Positions 25,276 through 38,729 are shown, counted from the whole stretch's first letter. The stretch is DNA of 63,774 nt, filler included, from Chiloscyllium plagiosum (GCF_004010195.1; 6 parts of 6 records of this genome joined end to end with filler, not necessarily neighbours in it); one strand, 5' to 3'. Numbers and translations: made by a program. The notes: a model not told the origin generated them from the sequence alone.

Positions 25276-26924
25276 GTCTCTTAATTCCAGATACTCAATA
25301 ATGAGTGAAGAGTGTGCTGGATCAATTTAATACCTCAGTCAAGGTCAGTTTGCCAACTTATCAGCACCCTCTCCCCTCAGGAAAGGATCAATTGCTGCAA
25401 GAGTCTGAAATGTGGATTTTTTGCATTTTGCCGTGATGAGTGTGAGGCAAAAAGATTGAACATGCTCTGCGCTACCTAGAGACTGTCATTAATAAATAGA
25501 CAGAGAGTGAGACAGCGCGCTAAACATCACAATGTTCCAGGCAACTGGCACTCAGTTCCACTAAGGGGGAGGCTCCAGTTGAGGGGCCCCGGTTTTCTCC
25601 AAGATGGCAGAATGGGCGTCACAATGGGAGGAGGAAACAAATAGCCAAACACGGTCCAGAAATCTTCAAAATGATACAAGCACGCTAGTTTTACAGGTGC
25701 CTCACTTTGGCGGTGTGAAGCATCAATCATGTCATGGAGACAAAGCCAACAATTGTCGAACCTGGCAGTCAAATCGAGGTCCCTCCAAATGAAATACTAG
25801 CTCTCTGACAATCCCACAGCTATCTTATCTTCCACTCTCAGCGATCGAGAAGAGAGAGTCTCATGTTACCAGGGTGCCAGGCACAAACTTGCAGCAAATC
25901 TCCTTGTACACTCTCTCTCTCTCTCCAACCCACACCCACCTCTTGAAAAGTGGTATTTTAATTGCAGAGCACTGCCGGAGGGCCAGGGTGTGGGGAACGG
26001 CATTCGCTACTGCACATTCCAAACAAGTCTTGCATTTCAGACGAAGTTCAGTTATCACCCAATCACAAATCCTTCTTTGTTACCTTAGCTGCACAGAAAC
26101 TGCAGCAGAGGTGGAGCAGTAAACAAAACACCGTTCCATCGTCCAGAGATGTTAATCACACAAACTGTTCAGCTCACAACCTGGTCACAGGAATGAATAG
26201 AGGCCATTCAGGCTCTCCCAACCTGTACCGACATTCAACAGAATTATGGCTGAGCTGACCCTTAACCTCAAACTGTGACACTTCCACAGCTTGGTTCACT
26301 TTCTTCCTCTATTTCATTCGGATACAATAAATCTTTAGTCTTTAATAGTGTTACCATCACTAATTCGACCCACCCCCCGAAACTATCAACCAGCATCCTG
26401 GAGGTTACCATCTCCAACAAGACAGAATCTAACCATCGCCCCCTTGACATTCAATGGTGTTACCATCACTGAATCCCTCCCCTATCAACGTCCTGGGGGT
26501 TACCATTGACTAGAAACTAAACTGGACCAGCCCATACAAACACAGTAGCTACAAGAGCAGGTCAGAGGCTGGGAATGCTGCATTGAGTAACTCACCGCCT
26601 GACTCCCCCCAAAGCCTGTCCCACCATTGACAAGGCCCAAGTCAGGAGTGAAGCAGCTTGACACCTTCTATGAGTTAGTGCTGAGGAAGAACTTTAGTTA
26701 ACCTGACTACAAAGGTGATTACAACACAACGTTATGATGTTGCATTTGAAGGCAGTGCACCAGCCAGCATTTTCTTTGGGACCAAAGGGAAGTTACTGCA
26801 CACAAAGAGGTAGGCAACCCATTAGTTCTGAATTACAACAAGTTTAAGCCCAATTTTAATCTATTAACAAACACATCGACTCAGATCCCACTTACCACCC
26901 CTTGCGAAAATAAACAGGAAATTA

Positions 26925-27085
26925 TGTCACCACAGGAAATGACGTTACCAACCCAAGGAACCTTAAACACAAATAGGAAGCCAGCACGCTTCATCTGGAG
27001 ATTCACTGATTCTGTTACGGAGTATGGTGACGAAACATCTGAAAACAAACCTTCCAGCTCAGCGAGCAAACCTACATCCAGAATT
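26925..27085 (+). mobile_element. Penelope-like 3'-end remnant with degenerate hammerhead
   Basis: CTGATTC-TGTTAC..GTGAC-GAAAC followed by CTTCCAGCTCAGCGAGCA, similar to the end of the element at 54410-54425. Confidence 0.6.
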
Positions 27086-28807
27086 TTAAGCCCACTTTCC
27101 AGGGCCTGATTTGAAACCATACAGATCCAGATTCTTCCTCTTCTAAAATAGTTGAGGATTTTCACTTCAATCACCAAACTAGGCAATACATTCCAGATAC
27201 CCATCAGCCTTTGGGTGAGCAAGCATTTCCTCATGTCATCTACCAATCACCATCCAGGACAAGCAGCCCGCGCTTGATTGTCCCCACACCCACAGACATC
27301 CACTCCCTCCACCCCCCGACGCTCAGTAGCAGCAGTGGGTACCATCTACAAGACGCACTGCAGCAATTCCCCCAGGCTCCTCAGACAGCACCTTCACAAA
27401 CCCACAAGCAGTTCTATCCAGGGCAGCAGATAATGGGAACACCACCCTCTGCAAGTTCCCCTCCGAGCCACTCACCATCACGACTCAGAAATATATTGGC
27501 CGTTCCTTCAGTTTCGCTGGGTCGGAATCCTGGGACCCAGAGTTTAGATCAGAGTGGTGCTGGAAAAGCACAGGTCAGGGAGCATCTGAGGAGCAGGAAA
27601 ACTCTGATCTCAACTCTGGTTTCCAGCATCTGCAGTCCTCACTTTTGCCCAGAATCCTGGGACTCCCTCCCTCAGGGCGCTGTGTGGGAGTTCCTACACC
27701 ACACGGACTGCGGTGGTTCAAGGAGGCAATAAATGCTGTACCCATGATGCCCATGCCCTGAGTGAATTTGTGCATATGATTTCAAAATAATAAGTAGGTG
27801 AAATCAGGAATCCAAACTAAGCACCTAAAACATACTGACTCCAGTATGTCCTTTCCAGTAGCCAGGACGGTCCCAGACACACCTCAACAGCAAGAGGCAC
27901 AGAAGGGAACTACTGTGGCCCCTGGTCCAGGGATGAGGCAGAGGTGCAGTGAGAGACAGTGGTGCTGTGGGAGTGGAGAACGCCGCTGAGTTGGTCTCAG
28001 GAGGCAAGGTCAGTGTGAAATGCACATTGATCATCATCACCGTCTCTTTCACTGCTCACAATTCAGTGTTTAATCAGCAAACATGATGCTTACATGACAA
28101 ACAGGCCCAGGGCAGGGAAACAGGAGCTGGTTCCTAAACAATGGAACATCACCCTGGCACCGGACCAGTGTTCCCTCGCACCAGACAGCGTCTTTCACCC
28201 ACTCTCGCCCCTGCGACCAATAAGACCCACATGTTACAGGTGAACACCGTGTTGCAGAGGGTAAGCAGAAACACCGGCTTGGGTGGGGTGGATGGCTTCC
28301 ATTTCAAAACCACCAAATGCTCCAGAATGTTTTCCAGCCCACACACCAGGATTCTGAACATCCACTTGGCGCTGGAGCCTGTGGTGATGGTAGTCATGTC
28401 AGGGGGCGGGGTGGGGAGAGAAACAGAGGACATGTATTTCGTGGAGACCAGCAAAGAGGAGACTCCTGGTGTCTCACGGCTGAAATAAAACAATAACAGC
28501 AGCAGGGGTCCAGTCAGTTACAGAACAGAGCGATGATTTAAAACCAAAAATGTAGACGTATATCCCTCCAGGAGGCTAAGGACTGTCTGGAACCCTTTAA
28601 CCGAGAAAGCTGCAGAGGCTACATCACTGGAAGTCTTCATAAATAATCTCTTTCAGCATTTAGTGTCTGCCCCTTGAGAGGGTGGGGGTGAGCTGCCTTC
28701 TTGAACCGCTGCAGTCTGTGTGGTGTAGGGACACCCCCCCACACAACGCCCTCAGGGAGGGAGCCCCAGGATTCTGACCCAGCGACACTGAAGGAACAGC
28801 CGAGATA

Positions 28808-28952
28808 CAGAGGAATCTCAATTATCCGAACGCCTCGGGCGGGGAGGATTTTGTTCAGATAATCAAATGTTGGATAACACAGTTTAGCCAAGCATCGGGA
28901 CCTTGTGATCTTGTCCAGATAATCCGAAATTCGGATAATCAAGGTTCCTCTG
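28808..28952. mobile_element. 145-bp MITE with pogo/Tigger-type TIRs inside a LINE fragment
   Basis: TA|CAGAGGAATCTCAATTATCCGAA ... TTCGGATAATCAAGGTTCCTCTG (23-bp imperfect TIR). Confidence 0.8.
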
Positions 28953-29969
28953 TCAGGACGGTGAGGGGCTCGGAGGGGAACTTGCATGGGGGTGGTGTTC
29001 CTGTGTATCTGCTGCCCCTTATCCTTTTAGATGGAAGTGGTCGCAGGTTTTGGAAGGTGCTGTCTGAGGAGCCTGAGAGAGTTGCTGCAGTGCGTCTTGT
29101 AGATGGTCCCCACTGCTGCTACTAAGCGTCAGGGGGTGGAGGGAGTGGGTGTTTGTGGGTGTGGGGACAACCGAGCGGGGGCTGCTTGGTCCCTGGATGG
29201 TGTTCGAGTGTTGTTGGATCTGCCCCCCACCAATCCAGGGCAAGTGGGGAGTATTCCATCCCACACTCCTGACTTGGCCTTGTCGATGGTGGGAGACAGG
29301 CTTTGGGGTGTGAAGGGTGAAGAGAAATCAGGAATGCGTGAGTCTCAGCCCACGACATTATCGAATGTCAGTGCAGGCTTGAGGAACAAAGTAGCTCATT
29401 GCTGCTCTCATTTCATAGATCTGAAAACCCCAGATACAGGACGGTCACACTGATGGTATTAATGCAGCCTCATGCTGAAGGAGTAGGGTGGGGGTGGTGA
29501 TGGTGAGTACAACATGTAAGCTGGAGGGGGCTGCCAATTTCAGACACATCTGAAAGCAAGGAGAGCGCAAGAGCCAACTGTTTGCTGCGGCATCGATTGC
29601 GGGGTAAATATGGGGCAGGACACGAGCTGCAGGGGCAAACTCCTCCACCCACAGGATATTGTTACTGTGACAGGAGAGGATGACAGAGACAGTACCCAAA
29701 CCTTGTTTTAAGGGCAGTGCCCTTGATAGCTGCCCCTTCCAGCACCCACTGCTTTTTGATCCCCACCCTCAAACAGCCAGCGATATGAGACGACCATAAC
29801 CGCCTCGTTGCTCATTCTGGAAGCATTTTAGTTCCACTTAGAGACCTTCACAGAGTGCGTGAATGAACATCGGTGTTTTAAAAAAGAAACCAGACTTTCT
29901 TCATTAAAAAAAAGTCAACTGTGCGTTCACAGGCCATCATTAATCACAGCGAGAGAGAGACCGACACAG

Positions 29970-30069
29970 NNNNNNNNNNNNNNNNNNNNNNNNNNNNNNN
30001 NNNNNNNNNNNNNTTAATTAATTAANNNNNNNNNNNNNNNNNNNNNNNNNNNNNNNNNNNNNNNNNNNN
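29970..30069. other. Artificial scaffolding spacer 44N-TTAATTAATTAA-44N (also 31776-31875, 34415-34514, 38281-38380, 39896-39995)
   Basis: The same 100-nt linker with six-frame stops occurs five times. Confidence 0.97.
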
Positions 30070-31037
30070 GATTGTACTAGAGAGGGTACAGAGGAGATTT
30101 CCAGGATGCTGCCTGACCTGGAGGGTCTGAGCTATGAGGCAAGATTAGAAAGACTGGAGTTGTTTTCCTTGGAGCAGTGAAGCTTGAGAGGGGACCTGAC
30201 AGAGGGCTGTAAGATTATGAGATGCAGAGATAGGGTGGGCAGGAAGGCACCTTTTCCATGAGTAGAGGGAACAAGACCAAGGGGCAGAGATTGAAGGTAA
30301 CACCAACATAGAGACACAGAAACTCAGAGTAGGAATAGGCCATTCGGCCCTTTGAGTATCTCTGTCATCCAATATGATCATATCCTCTGTCTTAATGCCA
30401 TATTCCTATCATCTTCCCATACCCATTGATGTTGTTGTAATGCAAAACAATTACCTCCATCTTTTTCTTGAACATATTCAGTCCTTTGTCCTCAACAACT
30501 TGAACGGAATTCCACAGGTTGACCGTCCTCTGAGTGAAGAAATATTTCCTTATCTCAGTCCGAAAGATCTACCCTGTATCCCTCTGAGACTGTGTCCCCT
30601 GATTCCAGACTCCCCAACCAGGGGAAACCTCTTTCCAGCATGAAGTCTGTCCAGCCCTGTTAGAATGTTATACATTTCAGTCAGATCTCCTCTCATCCTT
30701 CTCAATTCAAGTGAGTTCAGGTTCAGTTGAGGTAGACCCTGAGAAGAGAATTGAGAAATGTTTTCGCTCAGAGGGTGGTAGGAGTCTGGAACTCACTGCC
30801 TGAAAGGCTGGTTGAGTCACAAACTCTCGTGACATTGGAACAGTGTTCAGATATTCCCTTGTGTTGCTGTAACCTCTAGGGTAATGGACCAGGAGCTGGA
30901 GAATGGGATTAGTGTCATCATATTTTTGTAGATCAACACAGACACAATGGGCCAAATGGCCTCATTCAGTGTTGTTCACATCAATGATTCTCTGTGACAG
31001 AGAGAGAGAGAGAGAAAGAAGAGGAAGTGTGAGGGGC

Positions 31038-31117
31038 TGACGTGGCTCTCTCTGTCTGATTCCATTTACATACTGAGGAACACCCAGTCAGATTCTCACA
31101 GGCTGCAGCTTTATAAA
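31038..31117 (+). promoter_or_regulatory. Ig light-chain V promoter: CRE-like TGACGT, variant octamer ATTTACAT (31064-31071), TATAAA (31112-31117)
   Basis: Order and spacing upstream of the leader ATG; octamer differs by 1 nt from ATTTGCAT. Confidence 0.7.
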
Positions 31118-31177
31118 GCAGAGCCCAGTGAAGGGAGAGTTTGTCAGGAACCAGGAACAGGGACAGGAGCACGCACC

Positions 31178-31226
31178 ATGATTTCAAACATTCAGCTAAT
31201 CTGGCCCCCGGCATTCTGTGTCGCAG
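31178..31226 (+). pseudogene. Ig light-chain leader exon (MISNIQLIWPPAFCVA)
   Basis: ACCATG start; 49-nt exon ending G|GTAC; phase 1 into [10 protein letters not shown]. Confidence 0.88.
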
Positions 31227-31412
31227 GTACAAATCTCTCTGCTTCCACCTTGAATCTTTAGCTGCTCTCCATTTCACTCCAATTCCACTGACTCGTGATT
31301 GAAGGGAAAATGCTGAAATCAGAGGAAAGCTCAGTGTCTCCAACAATCTCTCATTTGACAGGCTCTTTCTGTGACAGTTCTGACTTCACTGTGTTTCTCT
31401 CTGACCCCTCAG

Positions 31413-31740
31413 GTATCAGTGGGGACATCATCATGACCCAATCTCCTCCGGTGCTGTCAGTGGGACTGGGCCAGACCACAACCATCACCTGTACGGCCAG
31501 TCAAGACATTACAAATGACCTCAGCTGGTACCAGCAGCGAGAAGGACAGAAACCCTCTCTCCTGATCTATGAAGCAACAACTCGAAACACAGGCGTCTCC
31601 GAGCGATTCACCGGCAGAGGATATGGGACCAGTTTCACCCTGACAATCAGCAACGTTCAGAATGAGGATATCGCAGACTATTACTGTATGTAGTATAACA
31701 GCTACTCCTACGTTCGGTAAAGGAACCAAGCTCAGACTGA
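31413..31740 (+). pseudogene. Joined VL-JL exon, NS5/sigma-cart-like, nonfunctional
   Basis: [37 protein letters not shown] at 31691-31693, then TFGKGTKLRL in a shifted frame with no RSS; donor reads GG, not GT. Confidence 0.9.
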
Positions 31741-32196
31741 GGAAATAAACCTCAATCCTCCGTTATTAACCCTTTNNNNNNNNNNNNNNNNNNNNNNNNN
31801 NNNNNNNNNNNNNNNNNNNTTAATTAATTAANNNNNNNNNNNNNNNNNNNNNNNNNNNNNNNNNNNNNNNNNNNNAAGCAGAAATTTCGAAGGTTCACAT
31901 TGTTTTGTGCAGATGACAGCCTTCAGCAACTTCAAGAGATTTTACTTGGCATCACAAATCAACCCTGTCCCAATCAAACAGTCCCAGAATAGGGAGAGCA
32001 TGAGGTTTGACACAGCGTAAAGCTCTTTTTACACTGTCCCAATGAACTACCTTCACTCCTGAACCTCAGAAGTGTCCCTGAGCCAGTCCTGAAATGGAAG
32101 AGAGTTGAAATTCAGTGCTGACAATGACCTTTGTCCTGCCAGCTCAGCCCTGTTCTGTTTAAAGTTGTGTCTCCTCTGTGGACTGCCTAAAACACT

Positions 32197-32527
32197 CTAC
32201 ACACATTCTGATCTCCTGATGCTCTTGCTGAGGGGAGAGGGGAGGGTCACGTGGGTGAGTGCACAGGAGAAGCGAGCGTTGGACTCCCAGTCAGACGCAG
32301 AGAGGGTCAGCAGGCTGCTGACACTGTAGGTGCTGTCCGAAGCTCGCAGGTAGTTGCTGGTCTGAACCCCGTCCGAAATGACTGCACCGTCCTTCTTCCA
32401 CTGAACCTCCAGCTCATCAGGATAGAAGTGATTGGCAAGGCACACCAGGGTGGCAGTGCCCTTGGCATTGACCTGGTCCCGGCAGGGGGGAGCAGCAGGG
32501 TGAGCTTGGGCTGAGAGTTCTCACGGC
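32197..32527 (-). pseudogene. Ig light-chain constant exon with early frameshift
   Basis: RENSQPKLTLL / frameshift near 32480-32495 / DQVNAKGTATLVCLANHFYPD...FSCALTH...RRSECV*. Confidence 0.88.
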
Positions 32528-34514
32528 CTGAAAGACAAGAGAAACAATTTTAATCCCTGCCATTCAAAGGGATTTCAATTCTCAGAATATTCACTGGTAA
32601 AATGTTTGAATATTTGTCTTCAATACCTAATAAACCAGACAAAAGAATTTACATTTTTTAAATTGATTCTTAGGATATGTATGTCACTGGCAGGAGCAGA
32701 ATTTATTGCTCATCCCTAATTGCCCCTGAGAAGGTGATGGTGAAAGAGAAGGGACAGTTTTGGACCGTCATTTGGGGAATGAATGTGGGCAGATGGAAGA
32801 ACTAAAAGATGGCGAGCATTTTAGTGAGAGTGATCAGAACTCAGTGAGATTGAAATTAAGGATGGAAATGGAGAACCATGGAGTAAGAGTAAAAATTTTC
32901 ATTTTACTAAATGTTTCAGTAATTTAGTAAAAGTGGACTGGAACCAGTGACATGATGGGAAATCAGTGTCAGGGCAGTGGGAGCCCTCAAGTGACAAGAC
33001 AGAGATCATTCAGAATCTGTTCCCACAATGAGTAAGGGTGGGATTCCCAAATCTAGACTCTCAGCCTGAGATGTCAAAAGGCAGCCAGTGTAAGGAAGAC
33101 CAAACAGGGAAGGTGATGTTGGTTATCTGGAGATCAAACCTGCAGAAAGCTGAGAGGTGGATAGAAAATGCAGGATTAAAATTGAACAGGACCTGAGGAA
33201 GGCAAAGAGTTGACAGGATGAAATATGTCCAAGTGAATCAGGGAAACCCTACCGAACAAGAGGATTGGGGTCATGTACTGACATGGATTGGGAACTGGTT
33301 GGCAGACAGGTCAGGAAGAACAAGTCTTTTTCTGAATGGCAGGTAGTTACCAGTTGGGGTACCACAGGGGCCAGTCCTTGGTACCCAGTTATTCATAATA
33401 TAATAGAGTCATACAGTCAGAGAGACACAAAAGACCCATCAGTCCATTGTGTACACATTGGTCAAAAAACAACAACCCAATAATTCTCATCCATTTTTCC
33501 AGCATGAGGGAATTAGATGCAGTATGTGTTCAAGAAGGAATTAGATATATTTCTTTGGATTAATGGGATCAAAGAATGTGGGGAGAAAGCAGGAACAGGG
33601 GACTATGTTGGATGATTGGCCATGATCATATTGAATGGTGGAGCAGGCTTGAGAGGCTGAATGTTTGATGTTTCTATCTGTTTCTCAGATATCAAAGGAA
33701 TGTCTCTTGTCAATTTGAACCTGGAAGTCACATGTGTATGGAGGTGGAAGATGTGGCCATGGTGATTAATGAATGCGGGTCAGTAAGGTGGTTAAGAAAA
33801 CACATGGGATAAACTGTTGTTCTTTTTCCCTTGATGGAATGAGGTCATTGCTGGATCGGCAGCATTTATTGCCCTTCCATAATCGCCCAGAGGGCAGTTT
33901 AGAGTCAACCACATTACTGTGGGTCTGGAGTCACATGGTAACGATGACCGTTTCCTTCCCTAAAGGTCATTAGTGAATCAGATGGCTTTTTCCTGATAAT
34001 CAACGATGGTCATCATTGGACTCTTAATTCCAGATTTTTTTATTGAATTCACATTCCACCATCAGCTGTGGCAGGATTCTAACCCTGGTTCCCAGAACAT
34101 TATCTAGACCTCTGGATTAAGAGTTCAGTAATTATATCATTAGACCATCACCTCCCTTTATGATTTTTGGTTGAGAGCGAAAGCAAGGAGTTTGTTTATT
34201 CTGGAACTGTATAAAAGCCCAGTTAGAGCACAGTGAGAGAACTGTGTACTGCACTGGTCACCACATTACAGGAAGGATGTGATCCCACTAGAGATGGGGA
34301 CAAAGGAGGATTTTGTCAAAAATGGGGAGTTTTAGCTTTGAGGAATGATTGGTTTGGCTGGGATTGTATTCTTTGGAACAGAGGAGGCTGAGGGGAGATT
34401 TGATCGAGGTGTAGNNNNNNNNNNNNNNNNNNNNNNNNNNNNNNNNNNNNNNNNNNNNTTAATTAATTAANNNNNNNNNNNNNNNNNNNNNNNNNNNNNN
34501 NNNNNNNNNNNNNN

Positions 34515-35605
34515 CAGATGAGATCAAGTTAATTTGACGAATTGAACGCTGAGTTAGCTGAATGCCGGAGTGCAAAGGGTAATGGTCATAGAATGTTTGT
34601 GTGGATGGAAGTAAATATCTAGTGGTGTTCTGCAGGGATCAGTGTTGATTTATTGATATTTCTATTATGTAAAATCTATTTAGAATACAATGCAGGAGAT
34701 ATGGCCATTAAGTTCACAGATGAAACGAAAATTGCCGTGTTGGTAAGTAGTAAGCATGGTAGCTTTAGATTGCAGCAAGGTACAGAAGGGTTGGCAACTT
34801 GTGGTGAGAAATAGAAAATGGAAATCATTCTGGATAAGTGTAACGTATGCACTTGGTCAGAAGCAACTAAGAGGTATTACGTTTTGATTGGTGAAACCGT
34901 GAAAAGGACTGAGGATCTTTGGTGTGCATGCCCATCGATCCCTTGTAGTAATGTGGCAGGTGGATAAAAAGACTAAGAATGTGTGTCGGGTATTTGTTTT
35001 AATGAGCCAAGACATTTACATTAGGTGCTGGGAGATGATACTGGAAATTAATAAAACACTGGTAAGGCCAGACATGAAGCATTGTGTGATGCATAGGACT
35101 GCATGTTATGGAAGGAATGTGAATACACAGAAGGCAGCATTATTGACATTTTCCAGGTCTTTTCCTGGGCTGGAAGTTTTTAAGTTATGGAATGTCATTT
35201 ACCAAACTGGGGTTTTACTTGGAGCAGAGAAGAATGAGAGAGAAGATGATTGTGATGTCTAGAATTATGGTAGACATACACAGAGTAAACAGGACAAATC
35301 CTTTCCTCTTAATGGATGGAGCAATGTCTCAAGTGCATAGGGTTAAGGTAAGGACAGGAGGATATTGGGGAAACCAAAATCACACAGAGTGTGTGAATCT
35401 GCAGCTCAGTGTGAGTAAGTCTTGAATAGGCTCGGCACCGAATAACATGTGAGAAATATGCAGATGCACATAAGAAATGTCAAGTCACACAAAGCAATGC
35501 ATCACTTGCGAATATAGTGGACTGGAATAGTTAGGGGGCTGTTATTGTTAGGCGTAGACTGGATGGACCTCAGGAACTTTTCCTGTACTCTCCACCTCTA
35601 TGACG
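34515..35605 (+). mobile_element. Old decayed CR1-type LINE in the CH1-CH2 intron (paralog at ~46040-47130, minus)
   Basis: KFTDETK and KTLVRPDMKHCV remnants. Confidence 0.75.
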
Positions 35606-35861
35606 ATGTCAAATGTATTATAACTCATGCCCTATTCATGTTAACCACACGTGTGCTGTTCGCCTCAGTTCCTAAAAGATTTACATAGCATTCAGTGGAC
35701 TGGAATAGTTAGGGGCTGTTATTGTTCGGCGTAGACTGGATGGACCTCAGGAACTTTTCCTGTACTCTCTACCTCTATGACGATGTCAAATGTATTATAA
35801 CTCATGCCCTATTCATGTTAACCACACGTGTGCTGTTCGCCTCAGTTCCTAAAAGATTTAC

Positions 35862-36161
35862 ATAGCATTCCAGTGCTCTGCTTTGACCCGCTGTGTTGAA
35901 CCTCTTAGGAGAGTTTGCTGCAATCTGCCTCTGACTCAGGCAGGGTCAACTGGCTGCTCAGGGTGTAAGTTCCATTGTTGTTCCTCACGGATGGATAAGT
36001 CTTCACTGCAGTCGTGATTGGTCCCCCACCTTTGTTCCAGGTCACCTTGGTAACGTCAGTGTTATAGTCCATGGCCAAACAACCAAAGATCACAGAAACG
36101 TCAGTGTTGTGTTGCTGACAGGAGAAGACAAGTCCATACAGTTTGGGGGGAGATGCAGTCT
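35862..36161 (-). pseudogene. IgM CH1 exon, copy A (stop replaces the second Cys)
   Basis: [38 protein letters not shown]; TAA at 35905-35907. Confidence 0.9.
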
Positions 36162-37134
36162 CAAGGATAGAATGACCAGTTGAGCAAGTTAGTTTCTGTT
36201 AATTCGACCTTATTGGTTACCCAAATGCTTCCTCAGCTGTAAATGTATACCAGTGTGTTCCTGCTAAAATCTTTCGTATACCTTGAATTTATTTTAGTTT
36301 CCAATCAGTCGTTGATCATGATCTATTGGTTCCCTCTTCAGAAACATGCCCTCTACCTTGACCATTACTATATAATTTAGAAACAGGAACACCCTGATCT
36401 GACGAAGAGTAACTGCTGAAAATCTCACCAACTGGCTCTTTCATTGGATTGCAAGTGACGAGCATAGAGTTTTCACAAAATACAAACCAAGAAAACGCGG
36501 AAGTTGGAATTGGAAATGAAAACCGAAGTTGCTGGAGAAACCCAACAACTGGCAGCATCTGTGGAGAGAAACCAGAGTGAACGTTTCGAGTCCATTGTAC
36601 CTTCCCAGCTTATCAATGTCAGCCAAAATCCGCTCTCTGGAAATAAGGCAGTTGCAGAGCACTGGGACTGAGAGAATATCTGTCACAGCTGATATCATGC
36701 TCATTGCCTAGAAGTTCATTGATCGACTTGACAATTATCTGAATTCTGGAGGCCTCTGAAACAAAGAGGACCATTAAANNNNNNNNNNNNNNNNNNNNNN
36801 NNNNNNNNNNNNNNNNNNNNNNNNNNNNNNNNNNNNNNNNNNNNNNNNNNNNNNNNNNNNNNNNNNNNNNNNNNNNNNNNNNNNNNNNNNNNNNNNNNNN
36901 NNNNNNNNNNNNNNNNNNNNNNNNNNNNNNNNNNNNNNNNNNNNNNNNNNNNNNNNNNNNNNNNNNNNNNNNNNNNNNNNNNNNNNNNTTCACCACTGAA
37001 CTCTCAACTTACCCAAGTCAATCTGTGCATATTGCACTATAGCTCTGTTCCCAACTTCCCTTTACCGCCTGTGACTTCGTCAGACTCCGAGCTTAACGTT
37101 TTGTCATTATATCCACAGCCCAATACCCTTCTGA

Positions 37135-37730
37135 GCCACTCAACGCTCCAACCCGACTGGCCACCCACCTCTCAACTAACCAGTGTGACACACTGTCCAC
37201 CTCTCAACTAACCAACCCAACAACCTGCCCACCTCTCAAATAACCAGCATGGCACCCTGCTCACCTCTCAACTAATCAGTCCGACACCCTGCAAACCGCT
37301 CATCTAACCAGCCCAGCACCCTGCTTCCCACTCAACTCCCCAGCCAAACACCCAACCACTTCTCAAATAACCAGTCTGACATCCTGCCAACATCTCAACT
37401 AAAGAACCCGGCACACTGCCCACTTCTTAACTAAACACCCAGGTACTCTGCCAAATTCTCAACTAACCGCGCCGACACTCTGAGCAGCACTGAACTAACC
37501 AGACTGATACCTATTGAACTCTCAAATAACCAGCCTGACACCCTGCCCTTCTCTCAACTGACCAGCCTGGTACCCTGTTAACAGCTCAACAAACCAGCCT
37601 CGCAGCCAGTCCACCTCAACCCAACCAGCTCCGGACTGCCCTAACCTTTCAAATTACCAGCCTGGCACACTACCCATCCATCCAGCCCTGCAGCCTGCTG
37701 ACCACTCAACTAACCATCTTGGCACCAGAT
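37135..37730 (-). repeat. ~32-bp degenerate tandem array upstream of CH1 copy A
   Basis: CTCTCAACTAACCAGC..CACCCTGCCCAC units. Confidence 0.85.
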
Positions 37731-38380
37731 AGGCTTCCTGCATTTCTGCTCATAGTACCTCTCTCTTACCAAGCACAACGCGATCAAATTATTTCCTTGT
37801 GACCATTATAATTTCCCTTGATGCCACACTGCCAGACTTACCCAGCAGCCACCCAACATCTCACCGCCTACCAGCTCAAACTCTGTCACATTCACAATCT
37901 ATCCCCCACTAGCTCACCAGCTTCCTACTTTGAGCCTACTGCACCATAAAGTCAGATAGTCGTACAACACAAACAGATCCTTCAGCACCGCTTATCCATA
38001 CCAACCAGTGTTCCCAAATTAAACGAATTCCCTTAGCTGCGTTTGGCCCATATCTGTCGAGATCTATGCAGTTCCTGTATCTGTCCAAATGTCTCAGAAA
38101 TATTGTTACTGTATCTGCATTAACCACTTCCTCTGGCAGTTCATTCCAATGTCAACTACTGCTGCAACACAAAGTCTCAGCCCTGATACTCAATGCTCTG
38201 TGCAATTAAGACAAATTTTACAAACACCTTCTTCTTTCAAGAATCTCTGTATCTCACCCATCAGGTCCCCGTGTTCGATANNNNNNNNNNNNNNNNNNNN
38301 NNNNNNNNNNNNNNNNNNNNNNNNTTAATTAATTAANNNNNNNNNNNNNNNNNNNNNNNNNNNNNNNNNNNNNNNNNNNN

Positions 38381-38600
38381 CAAGAGGTAGGGTGGGAAGA
38401 GGTGTAATCCAGGCAGCTGTGGGAGTTGGTGTTTTTGTAAAAAATGTCAGTGTCAAGTCTGTCATCATTAATTGAGATGGAGAGGTCCAGGAAGGGGAGG
38501 GAGGTGTCAGAGATGGTCCAGGTAAATTTAAGGTCAGGGTGGAATGTGTTGGTGAAGTTGATGAATTACTCAACCTCCTCGCGGGAGCATGTGGTGGCAG
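38381..38600 (-). mobile_element. Penelope-like RT fragment
   Basis: FINFTNTFHPDLKFTWTISDTSLPFLDLSIS...DIFYK. Confidence 0.8.
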
Positions 38601-38729
38601 GTTGGATAAGGTACTTGGTGAAATCCTACAATGAGTGAGCTTTACTCTGTTTCTCACCCAGGGTGTATCTGAGCAGCAACATTAACTGCACAAGACATAC
38701 TTCCCAGACCTGTTAATAATCCAATTTAA

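Noticed and set aside
25425-25460. GTGATGAG...GCAAAA hammerhead-like string
   Set aside because: Core and stems too degenerate
30014-30025. TTAATTAATTAA as a biological repeat
   Set aside because: Always centred in a 100-nt N block; an assembly linker
31178-32527. Inverted VJ/C arrangement as a novel locus architecture
   Set aside because: The two parts are separated by an artificial spacer, so their orientation is unsupported
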